Shown here one piece after another: positions 50,290-58,258 of a stretch of DNA of 64,000 nucleotides. The DNA is from Verrucomicrobiota bacterium (lineage in GTDB: Bacteria > Verrucomicrobiota > Verrucomicrobiia > Limisphaerales > SXQI01). Positions within the stretch are counted from its first letter, which is position 1, and each line of letters begins with the position of its first letter. The DNA lies in contig JANRLX010000093.1 in assembly GCA_033762115.1 (NCBI GenBank), forward strand, positions 32,001-96,000. The letters run 5' to 3'. Under the pieces are notes generated by a model. The model was not told where the DNA came from. It ran no database searches and saw nothing but the letters and a program-made list of their open reading frames with translations. The position numbers were made by a program, and so were the translations under genes.

Positions 50290-51753
50290 ATGAGATATCA
50301 GAAAAACAGGAAACTGTTTTCAGCGCTATTTCTGTGGTTCAGCTTTCTTGGATTATCCGCTGAGGAATACCAGTTCACACGCCTGCCGAACATCGTTCAT
50401 ATAGTTGCTGATGATATCGGTTACGATGATCTTTCCTGTTACGATTCCAAAGATATCAAGACACCAAATCTGGATCGTGTTGCCAGAGAAGGGATGCGGT
50501 TCACCTCTTTTTATGCTCCAAGTCCTGTGGGCACCGCTTCACGAGCGGCCATGCTGACCGGTTTTTACCCACAGAGAATAGGCTTGTCCCAGACACTTTA
50601 CCCCTATTCCAAAACCGGACTTCATTCCAATGAAGTCACCATCGCTGAATTGCTTAAATCGCGTGGGTACATCACTGCCTGCATCGGCAAATGGCACCTT
50701 GGGCATCACCCGGAATTTCTTCCGACTCAACATGGCTTTGATTACTTTTATGGCATTCCCTATTCCAAAGACCATGGCCCCGAGCGCCTCGGCTGGGAAA
50801 AACTGGCGGGAACGGTTGGATACCGCAATCCCCCCGTGCCATTGATGCGTGGTACCAACATCGTGGAAAGTCCAGCCATGCTCGCAGCCCTGCCGGAGCG
50901 TTTTGCGGAGGAAGCCACCAAATTCATGCTGGAGAATTTGAACAAGCCGTTTTACCTCCACCTGGCACCTGTGGAGACACACATCCCATGGCTGACCACT
51001 CCTGCGTTTCATTACAAATCTGCTGCCGGTGTTTTTGGCGATGCTGTCGAATGCGTTGATTGGATGCTCGATGAAATTATGACTGTCCTTGATGAAATGG
51101 GCCTCTCGGAAAATACATTGCTCGTCTTTTCCTCGGACAACGGCCCGCTCGTCCATCGTAATCCGGAATTGGAAAGCATCTACGGTCACGCAGGCCATGT
51201 GCGGCAGGATCGGGTCCATCTATTGCGCGAAGGCAAGCACCAAGGCTTTTATGAAGGTGGAGTTCGTGTACCCCTGTTGATGCGGTGGCTTGGCAAAATT
51301 CCTCCCCAATCAATTTGCAACGAAATTGTCGCGGGGTTCGATCTGTTCACTACTTTCGCCACAATGGCAGGCATTAAGCCCTCTGCTGAAATTCGGACGG
51401 ATGGCAAAAATATCCTTCCATTGATGTTTGCCAGGCCAGGAGCACGTTCTCCGCATGAAGCATTTTTTTATTATCAGGAAGATGCTTTGAATGCGGTTCG
51501 TTCCGGGCCCTGGAAACTCATTTTCGGGGAGCTTGATAACAAGGGGAAAATGATGCACAGCTCCCGCGATAAGTTGTTTCTCTATAATTTGGAAACGGAC
51601 CTCTCGGAAAGAAATAATCTTGCAGATCAAAATCCAGAGATTGTGCTTCGTTTGCAAAAAATGGCCGATCAAATGCGAGAAGATCTCGGTGATACCCGCC
51701 GCGGTATGCCGGGAAAAAACCGACGGAAAGCAGGCACCATCCTGAGTCCATAA
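50290..51753 (+). CDS. sulfatase-like protein lacking the Cys/Ser formylglycine precursor
   Basis: PNIVHIVADD, GKWHLG, SDNG and EGGVRVP. The signature reads GTASR instead of CxPSR. Confidence 0.85.
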   Translation: MRYQKNRKLFSALFLWFSFLGLSAEEYQFTRLPNIVHIVADDIGYDDLSCYDSKDIKTPNLDRVAREGMRFTSFYAPSPVGTASRAAMLTGFYPQRIGLSQTLYPYSKTGLHSNEVTIAELLKSRGYITACIGKWHLGHHPEFLPTQHGFDYFYGIPYSKDHGPERLGWEKLAGTVGYRNPPVPLMRGTNIVESPAMLAALPERFAEEATKFMLENLNKPFYLHLAPVETHIPWLTTPAFHYKSAAGVFGDAVECVDWMLDEIMTVLDEMGLSENTLLVFSSDNGPLVHRNPELESIYGHAGHVRQDRVHLLREGKHQGFYEGGVRVPLLMRWLGKIPPQSICNEIVAGFDLFTTFATMAGIKPSAEIRTDGKNILPLMFARPGARSPHEAFFYYQEDALNAVRSGPWKLIFGELDNKGKMMHSSRDKLFLYNLETDLSERNNLADQNPEIVLRLQKMADQMREDLGDTRRGMPGKNRRKAGTILSP

Positions 51754-51825
51754 ACTCTGAAAGTTATTCCTTTCGGACGAATAAAACGTCGCATCCGACT
51801 AAATGGATGTATTCCGGGCAAATTT

Positions 51826-51865
51826 TCGTCACTTCTCTGTAAAGTGCCTGTGACCCGGAATTCAC
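51826..51865 (+). promoter_or_regulatory. Pho-box-like 11-bp periodic repeats
   Basis: TCGTCAC(51826), CTGTAAA(51837), CTGTGAC(51848) and AATTCAC(51859), upstream of the olsBA-like genes. Confidence 0.5.
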
Positions 51866-51940
51866 AGCAAATAACTGGAATTTGGCCCTGATACTGCAAC
51901 AGTAGAGGCGCGTGTTCTATATGATCGATAAACACCTCTT

Positions 51941-52717
51941 ATGAACGCTCAGGCTGATTCCACTTCCATCGGAACGCGTGTTCTTTCCAGAACATCTTCC
52001 GCCCAGCTGTATGAATTGCGCCTCGCCACCACGGCCGAGGAAATTCGTGCTGCCCAAACACTTCGCTTCCTTGTTTTCAATCTTGAATTGAATGAAGGGC
52101 TGGAACAATCGTTCGCAACCTGTCTGGATGCGGACCCATTCGATGAAATTTGCGACCACCTCATCGTGGTGGAAAAAGGGACCCGCGAAATCGTCGGCAC
52201 CTATCGACTTCAAACGGGTAACGCAGCTGTTCGCAACAAAGGGTTTTACAGCGCCAGCGAGTTTGACCTCACACCGTTTAATCCGATTGTTTCTGAAATC
52301 GTCGAATTAGGGCGTGCTTGTGTGCATCGCCAGCATCGGAACCTCCAGGTTCTCAGCCTGCTCTGGGGTGGCATTGCCGCTTACTGCCGTGAGCGCAATT
52401 GTCGTTACCTTATTGGTTGCAGTTCGATTCCCAGCACCGATCCCACCATCGGTGCGCGAGTTTACAGCGATCTTTGCCGGAAGCATCTGGTTGACGGTGC
52501 GTTTCAAACCACTCCCCTGCCGCATCTGGCCTGCCCGCTGGATCAGCTTTCCGCAGCTCCATTCAAGCTGCCAAAGCTTCTCGGAGCTTACCTCTCTCTT
52601 GGCGCAAAAATTTGCGGCGCACCCGCGCTGGACCAGGAATTCAAGACTATTGATTTCCTGACTTTGCTCGATTTGAACCTGCTCTCTCCACGGATGCTGG
52701 AACGGTTCTCGATGTAA
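51941..52717 (+). CDS. olsB: GNAT N-acyltransferase, ornithine-lipid OlsB-like
   Basis: AAQTLRFLVF, DPFDEICDHL, VGTYRL, ELGRACVH and GAKICGAPALD. Confidence 0.75.
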   Translation: MNAQADSTSIGTRVLSRTSSAQLYELRLATTAEEIRAAQTLRFLVFNLELNEGLEQSFATCLDADPFDEICDHLIVVEKGTREIVGTYRLQTGNAAVRNKGFYSASEFDLTPFNPIVSEIVELGRACVHRQHRNLQVLSLLWGGIAAYCRERNCRYLIGCSSIPSTDPTIGARVYSDLCRKHLVDGAFQTTPLPHLACPLDQLSAAPFKLPKLLGAYLSLGAKICGAPALDQEFKTIDFLTLLDLNLLSPRMLERFSM

Positions 52718-52718
52718 T

Positions 52719-53549
52719 ATGAGTTTTCTTCTTGCAGCACGAAAGCTGACCCGGTTTGCGGGAATCTGCAGGGCCGCCACAAAAGAGGCGCGCCAGTTGG
52801 CGGACGCCTCATTGCTTGCCCGGGCTCAATGGAGCAACCGCTGGGGTCTGGAGATCATGGATTGCCTTGATCTTTCGAGCCGGGTTTATGCAGAACCGCC
52901 GAAGCATGGGTTGCTCGTTTGTAATCATCTGAGCTATCTGGATGTTCTTGTGCTGGCCGCGGCGCAGCCTCTCGTCTTTGTTTGCAAGGAAGAGGTGCGA
53001 AGCTGGCCGGTGATCGGGACCCTGACACGTGGCGGTGGCACCATCTATATCAATCGCCAACAGAAAAGTGATGTCTCCCGGGTCACTGAAGCTTTTAAAA
53101 CCGTAATCGAGGCAGGTGTGGTTTGCTGTGTCTTTCCGGAAGGCACGAGTAGCGATGGAAGTTCAGTCCTTCCGTTTCGCTCCTCCCTGTTCCAATCCGC
53201 CGTTGAGCATGACTGGCCAGTGACTCCAGCCTGGCTGGGATACAAAATGCCTGAAGGATCTGTTGAACAGGACGTTTGCTACTGGGGCGATATGACTTTT
53301 GGGCCTCACTTTTTGAAGCTTCTAAGCCGCTCCCGAATTTCCGCCACTCTTGCTTATGGACAGCCGCTGCAAGGAATTGGCTGCCGAAAAAAGCTTTCCC
53401 TCCTTTCACGCAACCAGGTGATCGGGCTTAAAGATCAATATGCCGGAGCAGCAATTTCCACTGAAAATTCAATGTCAGAAACCCAATTGGAGTCGCTCTC
53501 CACATGGCCGCAGGGCGCCTTTTTATCTCAAATTGATAAAACAGCCTGA
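52719..53549 (+). CDS. olsA: PlsC-family acyltransferase, OlsA-like
   Basis: NHLSYLD, FPEGT and LPFRSSLF. Starts 1 bp after olsB. Confidence 0.7.
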   Translation: MSFLLAARKLTRFAGICRAATKEARQLADASLLARAQWSNRWGLEIMDCLDLSSRVYAEPPKHGLLVCNHLSYLDVLVLAAAQPLVFVCKEEVRSWPVIGTLTRGGGTIYINRQQKSDVSRVTEAFKTVIEAGVVCCVFPEGTSSDGSSVLPFRSSLFQSAVEHDWPVTPAWLGYKMPEGSVEQDVCYWGDMTFGPHFLKLLSRSRISATLAYGQPLQGIGCRKKLSLLSRNQVIGLKDQYAGAAISTENSMSETQLESLSTWPQGAFLSQIDKTA

Positions 53550-53552
53550 TCA

Positions 53553-53582
53553 TTGACACAGGGGATTATGCCGTGCTACCTT
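53553..53582 (+). promoter_or_regulatory. sigma70-type promoter
   Basis: TTGACA-18-TACCTT with TGn extension, before the HNH gene. Confidence 0.5.
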
Positions 53583-53598
53583 CCGGCGCGTTCGCTCT

Positions 53599-54225
53599 AT
53601 GAACTCGTTTCTTAACCAACAGGTTCTAGTGCTCAATCGCTTATGGCAGGCGGTTAATGTCTGTTCTGCCCGGCGGGCTCTTACTCTTTTGTTTGAAGGC
53701 CATGCCCATGTTGTCATGGGTGCAAATGATGGCAGCTTTCAGACCTACAGCTTCTCCCAATGGAAAGACTTTTCGGAGGCGGAACCGCATCCTGAAAGTA
53801 TCCATACCATTGCCTTTCGCATTCGCGTTCCACGAGTCATACTTCTCGCGTTATTTGACCGGATGCCCAAGAAGGAAGTCAAATTTACACGGCACAATAT
53901 TTTCGAGCGGGACCAGAATACCTGCCAATATTGCGGGAAGGTGTTTGACCGAAAAGATTTGAATCTGGACCACGTCATCCCTCGTGACCGGGGTGGCCCA
54001 ACGACCTGGGAGAACATCGTTTGCTCCTGCATCAAGTGTAACACCAGGAAGGCAAACCGCACTCCGCCTGAAGCTGGCTTGCATTTGATTCGAAAACCGA
54101 AACGTCCGAAGTGGAGGCCTTTCGTTCAGGTCAATCTGGGCCTGCATTACCACGATAGCTGGAAGCATTTTCTCGATCTGGCCTATTGGAATGTCGAGTT
54201 GGGTGAAGAACTCAACACGGTTTAA
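53599..54225 (+). CDS. HNH endonuclease (McrA-like)
   Basis: VLVLN, RDQNTCQYCG, LDHVIP, WENIVCSCIKCN and K. Confidence 0.92.
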   Translation: MNSFLNQQVLVLNRLWQAVNVCSARRALTLLFEGHAHVVMGANDGSFQTYSFSQWKDFSEAEPHPESIHTIAFRIRVPRVILLALFDRMPKKEVKFTRHNIFERDQNTCQYCGKVFDRKDLNLDHVIPRDRGGPTTWENIVCSCIKCNTRKANRTPPEAGLHLIRKPKRPKWRPFVQVNLGLHYHDSWKHFLDLAYWNVELGEELNTV

Positions 54226-55023
54226 TTACTCCCCTGCGGTTTTTGCTTGTTCCGTTTTTGCCTTCAGCATGGGGCGCAGCTTTTCCAAAACAAGTTGCGC
54301 TCGCCTGCCGTTTCCAGGGTTGGAAAAATCCGCTTCCCGAATCGAAGTCGATGGCTGCACTGCGATTTTTTCCAATGCCGCGAAAATTGTTTCTGCATCG
54401 CTGAACGAAACCTCTGCCGAGAGTTGATCCTCCTGGACAATTCTCATGGATTTACGAGCAAACTCCAGCATCACAGCGCAAGGTTCCAGACAGGGAATGT
54501 TGCTTTTCTCCTCGGCTGGGTCAACGGGCAGGTTTGGTACTGTCCAAAGTCGTTGCTTGATGCAGAATCGCAGGTGGCAACAAGCCCGTACGCTTGCAGC
54601 AGCCTGTTCATCACTGAGCATCGTGGTGATCCGGTACATCCCGGTCTGGCGGGCAGTAAAGGGACGATAATCTGTGGGCTTGCCTCGATTTGTTAGGAGT
54701 GCATGCCGGTCTGCCAAGGCTCCAGGATATAAAATATTTAGCGCGATTTCCAACGCAGGGAGAGTGGACGTTAAATGCTTCCAACCCTTCCTCAGGTTAG
54801 GAGCAGACTTAAGCGGGCGGAACTGTCCACTGGCAGTGAAGTCAGCGATTTTTCGCAACTCCTTTAAATCCGCCTCACTTAAACTATTTGGATCTTCCGT
54901 TAGATCCTCCTGATGCCGAAGTTCAAAACGATTCCCTTCGCCCAGAAAAATAACAACCTGTCCCAGCCGTATTGAACCAGTGTTGTTCTCCAGAAAAAGC
55001 TCAATGGGTGTGATTTCAGGCAT
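54226..55023 (-). CDS. DR2241 family protein (Cys-rich, putative Fe-S)
   Basis: FRPLKSAPNLRKGW, YPGA, RQTGMY, CCHLRFCIKQRLW and IPCLEPC. Confidence 0.78.
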   Translation of the reverse strand: MPEITPIELFLENNTGSIRLGQVVIFLGEGNRFELRHQEDLTEDPNSLSEADLKELRKIADFTASGQFRPLKSAPNLRKGWKHLTSTLPALEIALNILYPGALADRHALLTNRGKPTDYRPFTARQTGMYRITTMLSDEQAAASVRACCHLRFCIKQRLWTVPNLPVDPAEEKSNIPCLEPCAVMLEFARKSMRIVQEDQLSAEVSFSDAETIFAALEKIAVQPSTSIREADFSNPGNGRRAQLVLEKLRPMLKAKTEQAKTAGE

Positions 55024-55025
55024 GA

Positions 55026-56294
55026 TTATTTTCGAACCCAACGTTTCGCTTTCATTTCCGAGCGTGGAAGAGTCCCTGCTGGGACGATCACAACAGGCAC
55101 TCTCAAGCTGAAGGCACTTTGCAATGCCAATTCCAGATCATGTGCCAGAGTGTTGGGCGCTTCGGCTACTGCTTCAATCTCCATCCTTAAATCTGTCATT
55201 CCTGAAACCTGTTGTAGGATCACTTGATATTCCCGCACCCCTCTATGGCGCAGGATCAAATCCTCGATTGCTGAAGGATAAAGGTTCACTCCGCGAACAA
55301 TCACCATATCATCGATTCGCCCAAGGATCCCGCCAACCAATCTTGTTTCACAACTTCCGCAAAGACACGGTTGAATGGCTTTTTCTGCCCGCACGAGATC
55401 ACCCGTCCGATAACGAATTGCAGGCGATCCCAATCTTGTAAGGGTGGTCAGGATCAATTCCCCAGCTTCACCGACGGCTGCCAATTTTGAACTACCCGGA
55501 ATGCAAACTTCTGCCAGATAAGCATCATCAATGACATGCAACGTTCCCGGAGTTTTGGGGCATTCATACGTGACCGGGCCGACTTCTGTCATCCCATGAT
55601 GATCGAAAATACGAGCCCCGTTCCATAACCCGCTTAATTGTTCCCGAGTGGCTGGAATACTGCCTCCCGGCTCGCCCGCCACCATGATCAACCGAATTTT
55701 GCTGGCACAAAGGTCAATTTTCTCCCTGGCTGCCACTTCAGCCAATCGCAATGCATAGGTCGGGGTGCAGCACAGTGCAGTCACTTCATTATCCAGCAGC
55801 ATCCTTAACCGGGCCACGCTGCTCAATCCACCTGCGGGTAAACACAAAGCCCCGATTCGTTGCCCGGCTTCAAATGCCAGCCAAAAACCCAGAAACGGCC
55901 CAAACGAAAAAGCAAAAAGAACCCGGTCTGAGCTACTAACTCCTGCTGCCTGGAATACTCTGGTCCAGCTCTCCACCATGGAATTCCAGCTTTCGTTTGT
56001 GTCCAGCCAACGCAGCGGTGTTCCTGTGGTGCCGCTCGTTTGGTGAAATCGGGTAAACCGCTCCAATGGCTCGAGATGGTTGCTGCCATAGGGAGGGAAG
56101 TGAGACTGGTCAGCAACAAACTCAGATTTGAGAGTGAATGGGCAACGATCTTGAAAGTCCTCCAAAGTCGTTGATTCAGCCAATGCCAGCCCGGAAAACT
56201 TTCGACCGTAAAAGCTCTGTTCAGGAATGCGCCCAAGCAATGTGGATAGGCGCATCCACTGTGCTTCATCCAGTGCAGTGCGGGAGGGCGCCAC
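55026..56294 (-). CDS. phenylacetate-CoA ligase / F390 synthetase-like adenylating enzyme
   Basis: TSGTTG, CTPTYA, AGEPG, GMTE, RYRTGD, GRIDDM and RGVNLYP. Confidence 0.85.
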   Translation of the reverse strand: MAPSRTALDEAQWMRLSTLLGRIPEQSFYGRKFSGLALAESTTLEDFQDRCPFTLKSEFVADQSHFPPYGSNHLEPLERFTRFHQTSGTTGTPLRWLDTNESWNSMVESWTRVFQAAGVSSSDRVLFAFSFGPFLGFWLAFEAGQRIGALCLPAGGLSSVARLRMLLDNEVTALCCTPTYALRLAEVAAREKIDLCASKIRLIMVAGEPGGSIPATREQLSGLWNGARIFDHHGMTEVGPVTYECPKTPGTLHVIDDAYLAEVCIPGSSKLAAVGEAGELILTTLTRLGSPAIRYRTGDLVRAEKAIQPCLCGSCETRLVGGILGRIDDMVIVRGVNLYPSAIEDLILRHRGVREYQVILQQVSGMTDLRMEIEAVAEAPNTLAHDLELALQSAFSLRVPVVIVPAGTLPRSEMKAKRWVRK

Positions 56295-56849
56295 TTAACG
56301 GTTGAGTTGTGAGATCTGTGCTGCGGGGGTGGGTGGTTTTGCAGGAGGATTTGGCTTGTAATAAGTCACAAGGCACCCTCCCACAGCCGCCAGCAGGATG
56401 CCGAGGTAAAATTGCGGTTTGATCCCTCCCCAACCTCCGGCAGGTGGGTGCAGAAGAATCGCTGTGATCGCATTCACAATCGGAGCACCGGCAAAAACGA
56501 TCGACATCACCACCGCCGGAGTGCCCTTTGCACCGAACGCCAGCAATACTCCAAATGCTCCCAAAGCGCCAACAATCCCGGCAATTAACGACCAGCTCAT
56601 TCCACGTACCGGATAATTCCATGAGGCGCCCTTGGCCATCAATAATGCCAGCGGCGCAAGCACCGCGGTCAGGAAGTAGGCGAGCCCCACGAACAGGAAC
56701 GCTTTGTAACGCCCGTTGACCGGATCCCCCATCGCTATTTGTCCAGTGTGCAGGAACACTCCGTAAACACCCCAGGAAACAACGGTTAATAACGAAAACA
56801 GAAACCAGGTCATCCCCGGTGACGATGAATTTTCAGCACCCATATTCAA
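56295..56849 (-). CDS. 5-TM EamA/DMT-like membrane protein
   Basis: WGVYG and five Gly-rich TM helices. Confidence 0.65.
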   Translation of the reverse strand: MNMGAENSSSPGMTWFLFSLLTVVSWGVYGVFLHTGQIAMGDPVNGRYKAFLFVGLAYFLTAVLAPLALLMAKGASWNYPVRGMSWSLIAGIVGALGAFGVLLAFGAKGTPAVVMSIVFAGAPIVNAITAILLHPPAGGWGGIKPQFYLGILLAAVGGCLVTYYKPNPPAKPPTPAAQISQLNR

Positions 56850-56893
56850 CGCACATTAGCAAAGTGATACGGGAGAGCAAACGGACATTCCTT

Positions 56894-57544
56894 TCAGATC
56901 AATTGTCCCAGACGACGCAAGGCGAGCGACACCTCCTCGGCCCACCAGCTTAGGGCAGTTAAAAGACCCATCCCACGCGTGATCAATGGCAGTCCGAGGA
57001 TTAAGACAAGCAGGTTCCCAAGAAAGATTGTGACCGCCGAAAATAAAATCCCGTTCTCCGTCACATCACTTTGCTCCATCGATAATACATGGACTGTAAA
57101 AGTCAGATGAAAAGCGTAGGCTGCGCCAAGCAGTAGATGAAACCAAAACGCATAGGGGGTTATTGGCCAGATCAGGCTGCCGATCAAAAATAATAAAAAA
57201 AGCAGAACCGCATAGATGGGAAAGAAATAAGGAGCCAGCGTGATCAGGAAATTGCTTTTCGTCACGATGACATGGCCCCCCTTTGATGTGGCCTTGAATT
57301 TTTTGACGCGCCCTCCGAAACACCAGGTCCACACTGCATGTGTCAGTTCATGGCCAAACACGTACACCCACATCGGTTTGGGCAGGAGGAGGTAAATGAC
57401 AACCCAGGAGGCTGCTCCCGCCAACAGGCAGGCCCAGATTGTGTCTGCTCGCCCGGTTGCGGCAATCACTCGAACTAATGTCCTTAGCCCAGCCCAACAA
57501 ACCGGCAGCAGTAATAAGCCAAAGATAAATTTGATCCACTTCAC
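56894..57544 (-). CDS. membrane metallopeptidase (M50B-like)
   Basis: GHELTH (HExxH) within TMs, then LAPYF and downstream QSD. Confidence 0.72.
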   Translation of the reverse strand: MKWIKFIFGLLLLPVCWAGLRTLVRVIAATGRADTIWACLLAGAASWVVIYLLLPKPMWVYVFGHELTHAVWTWCFGGRVKKFKATSKGGHVIVTKSNFLITLAPYFFPIYAVLLFLLFLIGSLIWPITPYAFWFHLLLGAAYAFHLTFTVHVLSMEQSDVTENGILFSAVTIFLGNLLVLILGLPLITRGMGLLTALSWWAEEVSLALRRLGQLI

Positions 57545-57630
57545 TGGTGCGGCATCTCATAGAGGCGCACGAATTCCGTGGCAAGGGATTTGAAGGAAAT
57601 CAAAGATATAGCTGGCAGACCTCGAACCGC

Positions 57631-58104
57631 TCAGCTCTTATTTGAACTTTCCGGCTTTAAACTTTGAGAGGATTGCTTTTGCTTCGAAAGATCTGGCATC
57701 AATTCAATCGACATGACCAGTTGCGTCAACTCTTCCAAGTTCCCGTGCTTGACCAGATAAGCGTTGGCTCCGAGGTCAAACGCCTGCTGGATCAACTTTA
57801 GTTGTGTCGGCCTGACCATTGAAATCACGGGTATGTGCGAAAAATTCGACTGTTGCCGAATCCAGCCAAGAACACTCAGGCCGCTTCCATCCGGTAATCC
57901 CAGATCAAGAACAATAAGACCGGGAATTGGATAAATGCTTCGATTGCCATAAATTCCCACTCCCTTCAAATAAAGGATGGCTTCGTTCCCGTACCGTGCC
58001 ACTTTCATGGAGCTGAGAATCTCCGCCTTCCGGAAAGCCTGCTCTATCTGATAGATGCTTTCGGCACTATTCTCGATCAGAAAGATGATGCTGTCCGGCT
58101 TCAT
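57631..58104 (-). CDS. single-domain receiver protein (Rcp1-like), atypical
   Basis: GNEAILYL, VLDLGLP and GANAYLVK. Acidic pocket reads EN and the Thr/Ser switch is absent. Confidence 0.82.
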   Translation of the reverse strand: MKPDSIIFLIENSAESIYQIEQAFRKAEILSSMKVARYGNEAILYLKGVGIYGNRSIYPIPGLIVLDLGLPDGSGLSVLGWIRQQSNFSHIPVISMVRPTQLKLIQQAFDLGANAYLVKHGNLEELTQLVMSIELMPDLSKQKQSSQSLKPESSNKS

Positions 58105-58258
58105 TTTTACTCACCCGGCGGCCTGTCCTCATTGTTTCCCTGTTTCACGCAGTAAGAATAAACCACTTTTTGAACAAAGTTGCCATATAGACTTTCCCCT
58201 AATCAGGACTGATACATAAGCCGTAAAATAGAAGGGCGTTTTAACCCGGATGTCTGAA

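Noticed and set aside
53599..54225. HNH nuclease as a homing, CRISPR or defence element
   Set aside because: Common stand-alone McrA-like type with its own promoter. No intron, array, methylase or cas gene nearby.
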